Positions 8,218-17,553 of a stretch of 64,000 bases of DNA are shown piece after piece. The position numbers and the translations under genes were made by a program. Within the stretch, counting starts at the first letter, position 1; each line of letters begins with the position of its first letter. Under the pieces are notes generated by a model. The model had not been told where the DNA came from. It searched no databases and worked only from the letters and a program-made list of their open reading frames with translations. Origin of the DNA: a virus. The stretch covers positions 1 through 64,000 of IMG/VR virus record IMGVR_UViG_3300017971_000277. One strand, given 5' to 3'.

Positions 8218-9356
8218 CAGTCCTCCTGTAGAAGCTCGAGGCCGAGCTTCACGAGTGTCTCTTCGTCGTGGTCCTTAGTCCCCGCCTCGTCCATGTAGAA
8301 GCGGAGAAGCTCTTCGTCGGTCGCAGAGACGTTCGGCGTCTCGCGGGTCGAGAACTCCCGCTTGTTGACTTCTAGCTCGACTTGGATGTCGTCCATGTTG
8401 AGCCAGTCATGCCCGCGCCAGGTGTCTGCTTCTGCCTCGGTGCAGGAGAGCCGCACGTAGTCCGTATCGGTGCTCACCTTCCCAACCTGGATGTCAGCGA
8501 CCAACTTCTCCGGCTTGGTGTAGCGGTGGAAGCTTGGTGCGTTCGTGTAGATCGGAGTCGGCGCACCATTCCGCGGGTCCTCCCAATACCAGAAGCACTT
8601 CTTCGGGTCCTTGTATTCGGAGAAGGAGTGCTGAAGCGGAGAGCCGCAGAACATGACCGCTTCTTCGTCGGTCGGAGAGATCAGGTTGAAGGCATCAAGC
8701 TGGTATTGACCGACCTCGAGCAGCTTTGCCTGGGGAGCAAGATGCCTGCGCATGAACTGCGTCTTGTGGTAGTGACCTCCGACGCACCACTTCGCCTGGC
8801 CGACCGTTGGGAAGTCTTTCAGCTTGATACTGGCCTTGATCGGAATGTCGAAGCTGCCGACCATCGCCTCGTCAATGCCCTGGTGGAAGAGGAAGAAGTC
8901 CAGCCCTTGAGGGAGCATGTTGACGAAGGTGCGCCACTCCCCGTAGTTGGTTGTGAACGGGTGGGCAGCAAAACCTAGGTAGTGCTCGACTCGAGCAACG
9001 ACCGGCTGGTCGATGACCGTAGCGAAGTCTCGGAAGGCGTCGAGGCTGTGCCGGTTGCCTAGCTTGTCGTATTGGTCGTGATTCCCAACCAAGATGTAGA
9101 GGTGGGGAACAGCCTGCGCGATGCGATGAAATGCCAGCCAAGTCGCCTGGTAGACATCCACATCGATCTTCGTTCTCGAGTGAAAGCAGTCACCAAGAAA
9201 GAACACCACATCAACCGACATCTTCTCGCAGAACGCTCGGATCTCCTCGAGCACGTCAAGAGTCGCCTGAAGGCGAGAGTTCCTGCCGTTGGGGAGCGTC
9301 TGCGCGAACTGCGAGAAGTTGTGGCTGTGGAGATCTGCGAAGCAGACGACTCGCAC
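8217..9356 (-). CDS. SbcD/Mre11-like metallophosphoesterase nuclease
   Basis: DLH, LGDCFH, GNHD, HQ and GHYH motifs; lies near the SbcC-like gene. Confidence 0.92.
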   Translation of the reverse strand: MRVVCFADLHSHNFSQFAQTLPNGRNSRLQATLDVLEEIRAFCEKMSVDVVFFLGDCFHSRTKIDVDVYQATWLAFHRIAQAVPHLYILVGNHDQYDKLGNRHSLDAFRDFATVIDQPVVARVEHYLGFAAHPFTTNYGEWRTFVNMLPQGLDFFLFHQGIDEAMVGSFDIPIKASIKLKDFPTVGQAKWCVGGHYHKTQFMRRHLAPQAKLLEVGQYQLDAFNLISPTDEEAVMFCGSPLQHSFSEYKDPKKCFWYWEDPRNGAPTPIYTNAPSFHRYTKPEKLVADIQVGKVSTDTDYVRLSCTEAEADTWRGHDWLNMDDIQVELEVNKREFSTRETPNVSATDEELLRFYMDEAGTKDHDEETLVKLGLELLQED

Positions 9357-9691
9357 TAGTGGCGGGGCTTCGACTTCATGCGGTTGCGGTAGCGCTCGTT
9401 GTCGGTTGCTGCCTGAGCAGCACGCCCACCGATCGTGAAGTAGACCGAAGGCTCGGACTTGAACTGCTCGCCGTTACGAGGGTCCTTGTAGTTCTTGCCC
9501 TTGCGGATCTTGGGGGTCACCGTGAAGGCGTGGATGAACCGGATGGGTCTGCGATCCATCAGGGCTCGAGCGATCTCGTCCACGACGGCTCGGACGACTC
9601 GGTCTGCTTGCTGCTTCGGAGTGCGGTGCTTGTGCTCCTCCAAGGTGTAGGTGGCTACCTCCTCGAGAGACGCCAGGGTCAGGTTCTTCAT
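9356..9691 (-). CDS. HU/IHF-family DNA-binding protein
   Basis: VVRAVVDEIARAL...IRFIHAFTV...RKGKNYKDPRNGE...VYF. Start ATG 9691 overlaps the RecA stop. Confidence 0.75.
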   Translation of the reverse strand: MKNLTLASLEEVATYTLEEHKHRTPKQQADRVVRAVVDEIARALMDRRPIRFIHAFTVTPKIRKGKNYKDPRNGEQFKSEPSVYFTIGGRAAQAATDNERYRNRMKSKPRH

Positions 9692-10806
9692 TCTTTCTCC
9701 TCTGCTGGGGTGTAGTCGGGGTCGCTCAACTGAGGAACGACCTCGAGCACCTTGGGCCAGTCCTTCTTGCGGAACTTCTTCCAGCCCTCGATGTTCTTCG
9801 TGATGAGTGGATGGAGGTCGTAGTAGCCACCACCCTTGCCAGCCTTCAGCACGTAGGGATGTCGCTTCCCGTCGTGAAAGAAGGTCCGTTCGTTGCTCAA
9901 GTACCACTCGAGCAAAGCTTCGTCCACGTCCACACCAAGCTTGGTGATCTGCCCGGTGAAGGTTGGATGTGGATACTGAGGTTCGGTGTAGAAGGGAAGG
10001 ACGACCCTGCGGAACGCCGGAGCAGCGCGGTTCTTCGTCACCTCTCCCACCAGCCGCTTTCCGATCTCTACACCCGTCTCGTCGTCCACGATGTCCGACG
10101 TGCGATACGTGGTCGTCTGTCCCTTCGGGTTGGCGAAAGCAAGCTGCACCCGCTGGCTGCTGTAGAAAGGCCAGGACTTGCCGCCCGTGCTCTCCTCTCG
10201 AGCCTGACCGCGGGCGTCGAAACTTGCGACGCGGATCTGGTTGCTGGCAATGACTAGAGCCTTCGCCTTGCTCACCAGGCTGATGATGAGTTGGCATCCT
10301 TGCGACATCGTCAGCGCCTTGGAGAGATCGCGCTTCGCCATACCCTTCGCCTGAAGGTGATCGGTCGAGAGAGCAGCGATGGAGTCGAGCGCAATCACGA
10401 CTTCAGGCTCGCCTGGGGCCTCGATGATCTTCTTGAGGAGCTTCTGCACGGCAGTAAAGAAGTCCTCGGTTGTCTCGACCTCTCGGACCAGCAGGTTGTC
10501 TAGATCGCCACCCAGAAGCTCGAACAGGAATGGGTTGAACGCACCCTCGGTTTCGAGAAGGACTGCTACACCACCGTTTTGCTGGCAGGAGATCAGGGTC
10601 AGGTAGAGCATGATCGTCTTGCCCGACCCCCAGTTGCCGTAGATCTCTGCCAGACCTCCGTAACGCCAGCCTCCCCCGAGAGCCCAGTCGAGGCTGGGAA
10701 TCCCGGTCGGCACGAATCCCTTCTGCCAGATGGGTTGGCTCGCGGTCGTTAGACCATCGAGCGCACCCATAAATGCCTTTTGGAGCTTGTCGCTCACACA
10801 GTCCAC
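9688..10806 (-). CDS. recA: RecA/UvsX-like recombinase
   Basis: PTGIPSLDWALGGG, EIYGNWGSGKT, LDSIAAL, NQIR, TGGK..PFYSS.R, KNR motifs. Confidence 0.92.
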   Translation of the reverse strand: MDCVSDKLQKAFMGALDGLTTASQPIWQKGFVPTGIPSLDWALGGGWRYGGLAEIYGNWGSGKTIMLYLTLISCQQNGGVAVLLETEGAFNPFLFELLGGDLDNLLVREVETTEDFFTAVQKLLKKIIEAPGEPEVVIALDSIAALSTDHLQAKGMAKRDLSKALTMSQGCQLIISLVSKAKALVIASNQIRVASFDARGQAREESTGGKSWPFYSSQRVQLAFANPKGQTTTYRTSDIVDDETGVEIGKRLVGEVTKNRAAPAFRRVVLPFYTEPQYPHPTFTGQITKLGVDVDEALLEWYLSNERTFFHDGKRHPYVLKAGKGGGYYDLHPLITKNIEGWKKFRKKDWPKVLEVVPQLSDPDYTPAEEKE

Positions 10807-11486
10807 TTCGCAGCGAGAGCCGACTTGATCTCCTTGGCGAAGGAGATGATGTCCTTGTGATCGAGGTCGGTCTGCTCGCGGATGTATTCGCGCACGACCT
10901 CGGAGGTGAAGCGCATCAGCGCCACGTCGATGCGGACGTAGTCACTGACGCTGAGCGGAGGAACAGCAGTCTCCGCCTGGGTGCGGTTCCACTGAACCTG
11001 CACGCTGGTCTTCGGAGAATCGGTCTTGGTTTCCGCACTCCACGAAGCCAGTTCGACCTTCGTCTCGCCGGAGTCCTCGTCCTCGTCCTCGTCCTCGTCG
11101 GGAGGCGGAGGCGCGGCTGGATGGGACTTCTTGATGATTGCTGCGTTCGCCTTGTCGATCGCTTCCGACTTGCTGTCGGACAGCGGCTCACCGTCATCGC
11201 TGCTTCCCCAGCCGTCATCATCGTCAGCAGGAGGAGGCGGAGGAGGCGGAGGAGGCGCGGGGCTTGGCCTCGGCCCACTCGGCGTCGGCGGAGGAGGCGG
11301 AGGACCGTCCGAGCCACCCATCAGGTCCATGATCTTTGCCAGGTTCTTGCCGCGGGGAGCGCTCTTCCCAAGCTCCCAGTAGCGAATCGTGTTCGGGTTG
11401 ACGCCGATCTCGTCGGCGACATCGGAGCGCTTCTTGCCCTGCTTTTGCCGCCAGGAGATCAGCGCTTCCGGGCTGAAATCTTCCAT
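10794..11486 (-). CDS. XRE-type HTH protein with long polyproline/acidic linker
   Basis: RSDVADEIGVNPNTIRYWELGKSAP HTH. GAGGT SD before ATG 11486. Confidence 0.8.
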   Translation of the reverse strand: MEDFSPEALISWRQKQGKKRSDVADEIGVNPNTIRYWELGKSAPRGKNLAKIMDLMGGSDGPPPPPPTPSGPRPSPAPPPPPPPPPADDDDGWGSSDDGEPLSDSKSEAIDKANAAIIKKSHPAAPPPPDEDEDEDEDSGETKVELASWSAETKTDSPKTSVQVQWNRTQAETAVPPLSVSDYVRIDVALMRFTSEVVREYIREQTDLDHKDIISFAKEIKSALAAKWTV

Positions 11487-11502
11487 TGTGTCTACCTCAA
11501 TA

Positions 11503-11652
11503 GGGGATGGGGAGGGAAGCAGCATTCCCTCTCCCATCAGTGGTCCAAGCTCCCCGACGCCTCCCGCTAAGAGGCGTCCATTAGCGGGCAGGAGCTAGGC
11601 TGCGACCTGTCTTAATGCTCGCCTCAGACACCACACCGGAGCCTGAGACGAG
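11503..11652 (-). ncRNA. candidate structured intergenic/leader RNA
   Basis: Three consecutive predicted stems; the central one contains two competing 8-bp helices. Confidence 0.35.
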
Positions 11653-11658
11653 TTCGGC

Positions 11659-11952
11659 CTAAGCCGGTGTTTCGATGACCGCGACGACCGCGTCCGCATT
11701 GATGCAGACGATCTCGTGCCCACCCACGCTGAACGTGTTGCCAGCCGTCTTCATGTAGTGGACGTGATTCCCGGCCTTCAGGTCGGAGATCTGGTCGCCG
11801 ACCGAAACGATGATGCCCTCTTGGATGTTCTCACCGATCTTGGCCTGCGTGGGCAGCGTCAGCTTCTCGTGCGTCGGAGCCAACCGCTTCAGGTAGCAGT
11901 AGCGGTTGCGCACTCGAACAGGAAGCTGAGGAACGACGATCTTGTCACCCAT
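11659..11952 (-). CDS. groES: GroES-like co-chaperonin
   Basis: 97 aa with LTLP...EGIIVSVG...LKAGNHVHY...G...INADAVVAVI Cpn10 pattern. Confidence 0.8.
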   Translation of the reverse strand: MGDKIVVPQLPVRVRNRYCYLKRLAPTHEKLTLPTQAKIGENIQEGIIVSVGDQISDLKAGNHVHYMKTAGNTFSVGGHEIVCINADAVVAVIETPA

Positions 11953-11954
11953 CG

Positions 11955-13127
11955 CTACTCCTCCAGGGCCGACTCGAGGTCAGCGCGGATGTCGCCGGGA
12001 GGCGGAGGAGGCGGCGATCCTCCGGCCTGCGGAACGAAGCCGACCTCGGTCGCCGACTTCCACCCGTGAGACTGGTCGAGGGGCATGATCTTGAGCTTCT
12101 CCCCGTGACCCTTGTCCACGTAGCCAGTCTGGATCTGCTCTCCGCTGAGCTTGACCGTCTGCCCGTTGACGCCAGCCCAGAACTCTGCCTCGAGCAGAGC
12201 CGAGTCGGTCGGGGTCGGAGGCGGCTTGGGAGCGCTGGGGTGGGCAGGGAGGCCGGCAGCCTTGGCAGCCTGAGCGTTCTTGCGCCGGATCTCCTCCATC
12301 TGCGAATCGACCGACTTGGCCTGCGCGGGCGGCTTGCTTTCCCGCTGCGGCTCGCTGTTGGTCGGCGCAGGCGCGTCTCCGCTCTCTCGGTCAGCCTCCC
12401 GCTGCGCCTGGCGAGCCTTGCGGTAAGCCTCCTCGGTGCCCTCGAGACAGGCACGAATGTAGTCCGGCTCGTCGGCCTCGAGCACGTAGTTCTTGGCGAA
12501 CAGGTCTTCTTCGACCCACGAGGGATCGCCAAGCGGAGTCGGCTTCGGCTTCGGCACGACCTTCCACGCCGGGAACCCGTCAGCCGTCTTGGTCTTGGGC
12601 GTGTAGACCACCGTGATGTCGTGGCCCTCGTCCGCGTCGGTGATGTCACCGTAGTCCGGGTCGAGGATGATGGAGAGGATCTCGCGCAGGACGGTGCGGT
12701 TGGTATCCCACTGTAGCGGACCCTTGCTCTGCCAGGACTCCCCTTCTGCGTCCTTGTCTTGATCTCCGATGGTTCGCGCGACTGCGAACATGATGATGCG
12801 CTTGGCCATCCGCATGAACTTCGCCCGCTTCTTGTCAGCCTCACTTCCAGCCTTTAGGCGCTGAAGCTCCTCGATCATCGGGTCTTCCGCATCCGGGTCG
12901 AACTGGCTCGGAGGAACGATGACGTTCTTGTTCGGCCCGACGTTAAAGCACTTCGTGACCTCTTCGTAGAAGATGTCGCGATCTCCGGTCGGAGGACAGA
13001 TGCGGATGACATTCCGACCCTCCGCGAGCTTGAGGTAACCGGACTTCCCGCCCTTCGACCTCTCGGCTTCTTCACGGGCGAGAGCAGCCTCCTGCTCCCG
13101 CACCTTGTCCAAATTCAGCTTGCCCAT
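11955..13127 (-). CDS. single-stranded DNA-binding protein (gp32-like) with extended C-terminus
   Basis: YLKLAEGRNVIRICPP...DYGDITDADEGHDITV motifs; lies next to the UvsY-like and Pol genes. Start ATG 13127 (TAATG). Confidence 0.75.
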   Translation of the reverse strand: MGKLNLDKVREQEAALAREEAERSKGGKSGYLKLAEGRNVIRICPPTGDRDIFYEEVTKCFNVGPNKNVIVPPSQFDPDAEDPMIEELQRLKAGSEADKKRAKFMRMAKRIIMFAVARTIGDQDKDAEGESWQSKGPLQWDTNRTVLREILSIILDPDYGDITDADEGHDITVVYTPKTKTADGFPAWKVVPKPKPTPLGDPSWVEEDLFAKNYVLEADEPDYIRACLEGTEEAYRKARQAQREADRESGDAPAPTNSEPQRESKPPAQAKSVDSQMEEIRRKNAQAAKAAGLPAHPSAPKPPPTPTDSALLEAEFWAGVNGQTVKLSGEQIQTGYVDKGHGEKLKIMPLDQSHGWKSATEVGFVPQAGGSPPPPPPGDIRADLESALEE

Positions 13128-13762
13128 TAGCTCCTCTTTGCCTTGCGGATTGCCTTGTAGCGGTCTGCCCACGCCTCCATCTCGGCGTCGGTCACTGGTT
13201 TCTTGTTGGTTTCGTCGGTCCCTCGCCCATCGGTGGACGGTTCGAACCAAGCGCGCTCGCCCTCGGTCAACTCAGCAGAGAAGGTCTTGTTCGGCTTGTC
13301 GATCGGAAGCGACTCAAGCTCGACTCGCTGCCTGCTGTTAAGCGACTGGAGCATATCCTTCCGCTGCCGAAACGCTTCTTCGACTCGCTTCATCACCGCT
13401 GCGGTCTGCTGTAGCTTCTCGAGCAGCTTGACCGCAACGGTATATTCTGGATCGGACATCGCGATGTCGTTCATGTTCTGCACGGTCGCTCGCCGGCCAT
13501 TCTCTGCGCAGACAGCTTCCGCACGAACACGAGCCCTTGGCAGGATCTCCTCCTCGACCACACGCTTCTGCCGCTTGGCAGCCTGATCTGCGTGTGCGTG
13601 GAGGATTGCCCAATGCATGAAGATCTCAGCCTGACGGACCATATCCGACAGCATGTTCTGCTGGTCGATTCTGATTGCGTCCGCTAGGTCGCACTCGAGA
13701 AGTTCCGGGTGCTTCTGATAGCGGTTGAGGATTTCGCTGTAGCTCACGCGAGTTGTCTCCAC
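13127..13762 (-). CDS. UvsY-like recombination mediator
   Basis: Helical protein with IRID...EAFRQRKDMLQSL pattern; context between Pol and SSB. Confidence 0.6.
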   Translation of the reverse strand: METTRVSYSEILNRYQKHPELLECDLADAIRIDQQNMLSDMVRQAEIFMHWAILHAHADQAAKRQKRVVEEEILPRARVRAEAVCAENGRRATVQNMNDIAMSDPEYTVAVKLLEKLQQTAAVMKRVEEAFRQRKDMLQSLNSRQRVELESLPIDKPNKTFSAELTEGERAWFEPSTDGRGTDETNKKPVTDAEMEAWADRYKAIRKAKRS

Positions 13763-16317
13763 TCACCTTTTGATGTTTTAACCCTTCGTCCGTCAATGTC
13801 AAGCTCGCGAAGATTTCCCCAGGACTTTCCGACCTCAAAGTCCACAGTGAGAGGGACTTCGCCCATGAAAGAAAACCCAAGGTTCTCCATCACGTCTCGG
13901 CAGACACCGCAGAGTTTAAAAAGGTCGCTTGGCTTAACTTCCCACAGGATCGAGTCGTAGACCGTCAGGACCATATGCGCGTCGAATCCAAGCTCGCGCA
14001 CGATACGCCCTAGACGCACGATCGCAAACAGAGTGAAGTCGCTAGCCGTGCTTTGGACCGGGAAGTTAAGCGCTGCTCGCTTGGCTTCGTTGTTGATCCT
14101 AGGGTAGTAGCGACGCCGACCAAACTCCGTCTCTTGGTAGCCGTGTTCGGTGATGATGGCGATCTGCTGACGCATCCACGCCCAAACTTGCGGGTGTGCT
14201 TGCTTGTGCGCAGAAAGGAAGTCGAGAGCGGCCTCTTCCGCCTCCCTCTCCATCTCCAGCATCTTGCGCTGCGACAGCTTGAGCTTCCTAGCTTTGGACC
14301 TCGCCTCTTTCACGAAGTCGTTGATGAGGCTCTGCTCGCTCTTGCCGTAGATGATGCCGAAGTTCACTGCTTTGGCTCGAGAGCGCTGCGCCTTCGTTAC
14401 CTCCTCGAGAGAGCACCCGTAAACGCGAGCAGCGGTCGCTGTGTGAACGTCCAGACCATCCATGTAGATCTGGATGAGATTCACGTCGCCAGAAAGCATC
14501 GCTAGTGTGCGTAGCTCAGCCTGGCTGTAGTCCACCTGAACGTAGACGTAGCCGTCTCGAGGCACGAAGCACGCCTTCAGAATCCGGCCATCCTCCAGCC
14601 CAGCACGCTCCACGGTGTCCTTCCGAACCTGATTCAGAAGGTTCGGGTCGCTCGAGCTAGGTCGTCCGGTGACCGTTCCGTTCATGCGGATAGACGTGTG
14701 GACGAATTCGGAAAGCTCGCTGGCTTTGGTCAACGAGCCGTAGTAGGTCTTGTAGAGCTTCCCGACGCGACGAAGCCGCAGGAGCCAAAAGCAGAAGGGC
14801 TCCTCCTCGTAGTGCTCGAGAACGTCCTTGTCGGTGCAGTAGCCTCCGGTGCCTGTCTCTTTGATCTTCGGCAGATGGAAGTAGTTCTGCATCAGGTCCG
14901 CAATCTGGTGCGGAGCATCGAAGGACAGGCTCTTGTTGTTCTTGAATTCCCAAGACTGCACTTGGGGAAGTGTGCGGATTTCCTTCTCGGCTTCCTCGAG
15001 CATCCCCTCAAGAACGGAGCCAAGCTCTAGGAGCGCTTCGGTGTTGAGTCGAAGCCCACGAGTCTCCATCCTGCGGAACTCGTGCCCCAGCGGAAGCTGA
15101 AGCTCGTGATGGAGCCACTGCTGCGCTTCGTTTAGCTCCGGCTCAAGCTTGAGGCGAACGCGCCAAGTTGCGTCAACGTCGTAGGCTCCATACTCACAGA
15201 GCTTTCGCGTGTCTCGCAGGTTGAACATATCCTTCCACGGAGGGATGGTCGTGTAGCGTCCTGCAAGGTAGCGCAGACCAGAACATCCGACATCGCTTCG
15301 AATGAGGTGCGCCGCATACATGGTGTCGAAGTCGAGCTTGAGCGTCTCTCCGGGCCAGTAGGCTTTCCGCCACCGCTCATCGAACTGCACCGCGTTCTGC
15401 CCAAAGAAGGTGTGCTTCGGCCAGAACTCAGCAAAGAGAGCATGGATCTGGCGTAGCTCGTCATCGCTCCAGTAGGTGAGGCTCGAGATCCCACGCGCCT
15501 CGTAGGGGATCATGCGAGCGTGGCCTGGACCAGCAGAGAAGCAGAGAAGGACCAGCCGCGTGCCTGGGTGGGGGAAGGTCGTCTTCTCGAGGTCTGCTGT
15601 TCCGGTTTCGAAGTCGAAGCAGATAGTCGAGCCTTCGGGGAACTCGTCAAGGAACCTCTTCACGTCCTCGACGGTGTTGGCGCGCTGGTAGTCGGTCTTG
15701 ATCTCGTCTCCCACGCGCAAGTCTCTCGCAATCGCTTTCTCTCTCAGCCAGATCAGATCGCTGACCATACGCGCACGGATCGAGTCATATTCGTCCGGGT
15801 CTGCGTGCATGAGCGAAAGCGGCTGTTCAAACGCATAGACAGGGATCTTCGGATCTAGCGTGCAGGGAAGCCCTACGCGCCGAAAGCGATCCACACCGCT
15901 GAACCCAGTCAGCCAGTGAAGTGCCTTCCCACCCATCGCCACGATCGCTTTTGGACGGATGTCTCGGATCTCCTTTGCGAGATGTCCCTTGCAGCGCTTC
16001 CACCACGAGTCCTTGGGATCCGCGCCAAAGGGGCTGCACTTGACGCAGTTGGTCAGGTAGCAGTCCTGCACGTCGATCGATGAGGCGGAAAGCAGCCCGC
16101 GGAAGATCCTGCCGTTTGCTCCAGTGAACGATGACCCGATCTCGTCGTCCTCCGCTCCTGGCGCAAACCCGCAGAAAAACAAGAACGGATCTTGCGGTCC
16201 CGAACCGCGCATCAGGTTCGTGCGGAGATCAGGGTTGTCGCATAGCTCGCACGAAGTACATCTCAGGTCGGTGCGGGCATTTCCGCCGACGATTCTGACC
16301 AGATCGAATTCAGGCAC
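13744..16317 (-). CDS. polA: family A DNA polymerase with N-terminal UDG-like domain and 3'-5' exonuclease
   Basis: CTSCELC/APG/TNCVKC UDG family-4-like domain; DFET and YGAYD exonuclease motifs; TGRPSS, DYSQAELR, RSRAKAVNFGIIYG, VYDS polymerase motifs. Confidence 0.95.
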   Translation of the reverse strand: MPEFDLVRIVGGNARTDLRCTSCELCDNPDLRTNLMRGSGPQDPFLFFCGFAPGAEDDEIGSSFTGANGRIFRGLLSASSIDVQDCYLTNCVKCSPFGADPKDSWWKRCKGHLAKEIRDIRPKAIVAMGGKALHWLTGFSGVDRFRRVGLPCTLDPKIPVYAFEQPLSLMHADPDEYDSIRARMVSDLIWLREKAIARDLRVGDEIKTDYQRANTVEDVKRFLDEFPEGSTICFDFETGTADLEKTTFPHPGTRLVLLCFSAGPGHARMIPYEARGISSLTYWSDDELRQIHALFAEFWPKHTFFGQNAVQFDERWRKAYWPGETLKLDFDTMYAAHLIRSDVGCSGLRYLAGRYTTIPPWKDMFNLRDTRKLCEYGAYDVDATWRVRLKLEPELNEAQQWLHHELQLPLGHEFRRMETRGLRLNTEALLELGSVLEGMLEEAEKEIRTLPQVQSWEFKNNKSLSFDAPHQIADLMQNYFHLPKIKETGTGGYCTDKDVLEHYEEEPFCFWLLRLRRVGKLYKTYYGSLTKASELSEFVHTSIRMNGTVTGRPSSSDPNLLNQVRKDTVERAGLEDGRILKACFVPRDGYVYVQVDYSQAELRTLAMLSGDVNLIQIYMDGLDVHTATAARVYGCSLEEVTKAQRSRAKAVNFGIIYGKSEQSLINDFVKEARSKARKLKLSQRKMLEMEREAEEAALDFLSAHKQAHPQVWAWMRQQIAIITEHGYQETEFGRRRYYPRINNEAKRAALNFPVQSTASDFTLFAIVRLGRIVRELGFDAHMVLTVYDSILWEVKPSDLFKLCGVCRDVMENLGFSFMGEVPLTVDFEVGKSWGNLRELDIDGRRVKTSKGEWRQLA

Positions 16318-17332
16318 CGTGCATCAACGCCATGCAGTGCTCTGCGCGGTCGTTGTAGAAGCGCAGCATTCTTCCCGCTCCTTCGATCACGTCAGAGAAG
16401 TCCATGCGGGTTGGCTTGAACGAGCGGAAGCACGCTGCGAGAGACTGCGCCTTGACCCAGATCTTGAATGGTGTCTCGAACGGAGCGATGAGCGTTTCGC
16501 TGGCGTCTCCGTATTCTGCTCGAGCTTGGACCGTCAACGTGACCCCATCGCAGTCAAGGCAGATTCGCGATTCGTCCTTGTCGGACATCGTTGCGACTCG
16601 AGCTACCGCGTTCTCGAGCCCCGGAGGGGTCGGGACGACGTGCGTCTTCTTCTCCGCAAAGCAAGTGTCGATCGCGGAGAAGGGCATGGACGTAGCAAGC
16701 TCGCTCGAGATCACCATGAGCCCAGACTCGTTGTAGGTAGCACCGAAGCGCGAACCTTCCCGCCAGAGCAGGTCAGGCTCTCCCGCTCGAGTGATCTGCT
16801 GGGCTGCGTCTCGGCTGATGAGGAAAGGCTTTTCGACCTGGCCTGGGATCAGCGATCTCGCAAGACGACGACCGTCCAGACCGTAGACGTGAGCACCGCG
16901 GAAGCCGATCGCGTAGAACTCAGGTCGATCCTTGGCGCTCGAGACGCAGAACAGAACATCGTGGATCGCGTCCTTGATGTTCACACCACGGAGCACAACC
17001 TCTGGTGCTTTGGGTTGAAGCTCGGGAAAGTCCCACGGTTGCGTCATCGGTAGCTTCGCCACCATCTGATCGCAGGCGATCTCGACCCAGTCTCCGTGCT
17101 GCTCGAGGTCTACCCACAGGTCGTCATCGAAGTCCTTGATGAGCGCGGATAGCTTTAACGCGTTGAGGCATCCGGTGAACGGAACCTCGAGCGGAACGAC
17201 TGACCCTGCTACACCGTTGAAGCTGGTCAGGAAGCCGTCCCGGAAACAGAGGTAGTCCCAAAGCTCCCCGTCCTTTGCGCCGCTCGTACCCATGACCGCT
17301 TTCACGGCTTTCTGAAGGACTCCGATCTCCAC
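16310..17332 (-). CDS. dnaN: DNA polymerase III beta-type sliding clamp
   Basis: 340 aa with FPEL, VLFCVS...RPEFYAI, GLDGRRLA, AVARVA and terminal ALM patterns. Confidence 0.8.
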   Translation of the reverse strand: MEIGVLQKAVKAVMGTSGAKDGELWDYLCFRDGFLTSFNGVAGSVVPLEVPFTGCLNALKLSALIKDFDDDLWVDLEQHGDWVEIACDQMVAKLPMTQPWDFPELQPKAPEVVLRGVNIKDAIHDVLFCVSSAKDRPEFYAIGFRGAHVYGLDGRRLARSLIPGQVEKPFLISRDAAQQITRAGEPDLLWREGSRFGATYNESGLMVISSELATSMPFSAIDTCFAEKKTHVVPTPPGLENAVARVATMSDKDESRICLDCDGVTLTVQARAEYGDASETLIAPFETPFKIWVKAQSLAACFRSFKPTRMDFSDVIEGAGRMLRFYNDRAEHCMALMHGA

Positions 17333-17553
17333 TAGGTGTTCGAGACGATCTGCACGTAGGCAATCCGAGACTTACGAAAGTAGTGCTGAACGAGGTCCGC
17401 GTCCACGAGAGCGATGAACTCCGGGACTGGCTTCATAAGCTGAGCAGCGACTCGGTCAGCCTCGTCATCCGGCACCACGAACGTCCAGATCCCCTTTCCG
17501 TGTTTGGAGTTTGGAGCCGGAGCAGACTCTTCCACGATTCGAATGCTGCGCAT
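17332..17553 (-). CDS. hypothetical protein
   Basis: TGATG-coupled 73-aa ORF. Confidence 0.65.
   Translation of the reverse strand: MRSIRIVEESAPAPNSKHGKGIWTFVVPDDEADRVAAQLMKPVPEFIALVDADLVQHYFRKSRIAYVQIVSNT

Noticed and set aside
9692-10297. Long N-terminal extension of the HU-like ORF overlapping recA (similarly 3886-4227 and 13128-13250)
   Set aside because: Motif-less translations. Coupled ATG starts at 9691, 3885 and 13127 explain the real genes.
11503-11652. tRNA gene
   Set aside because: No cloverleaf or T-loop GTTCRA consensus.
11945-12844. 299-aa Arg/Ser-rich alternative-frame ORF within the SSB gene
   Set aside because: Typical off-frame translation of GC-rich DNA. Unlike the MTase beta chain and the nested HNH, it has no family motif.
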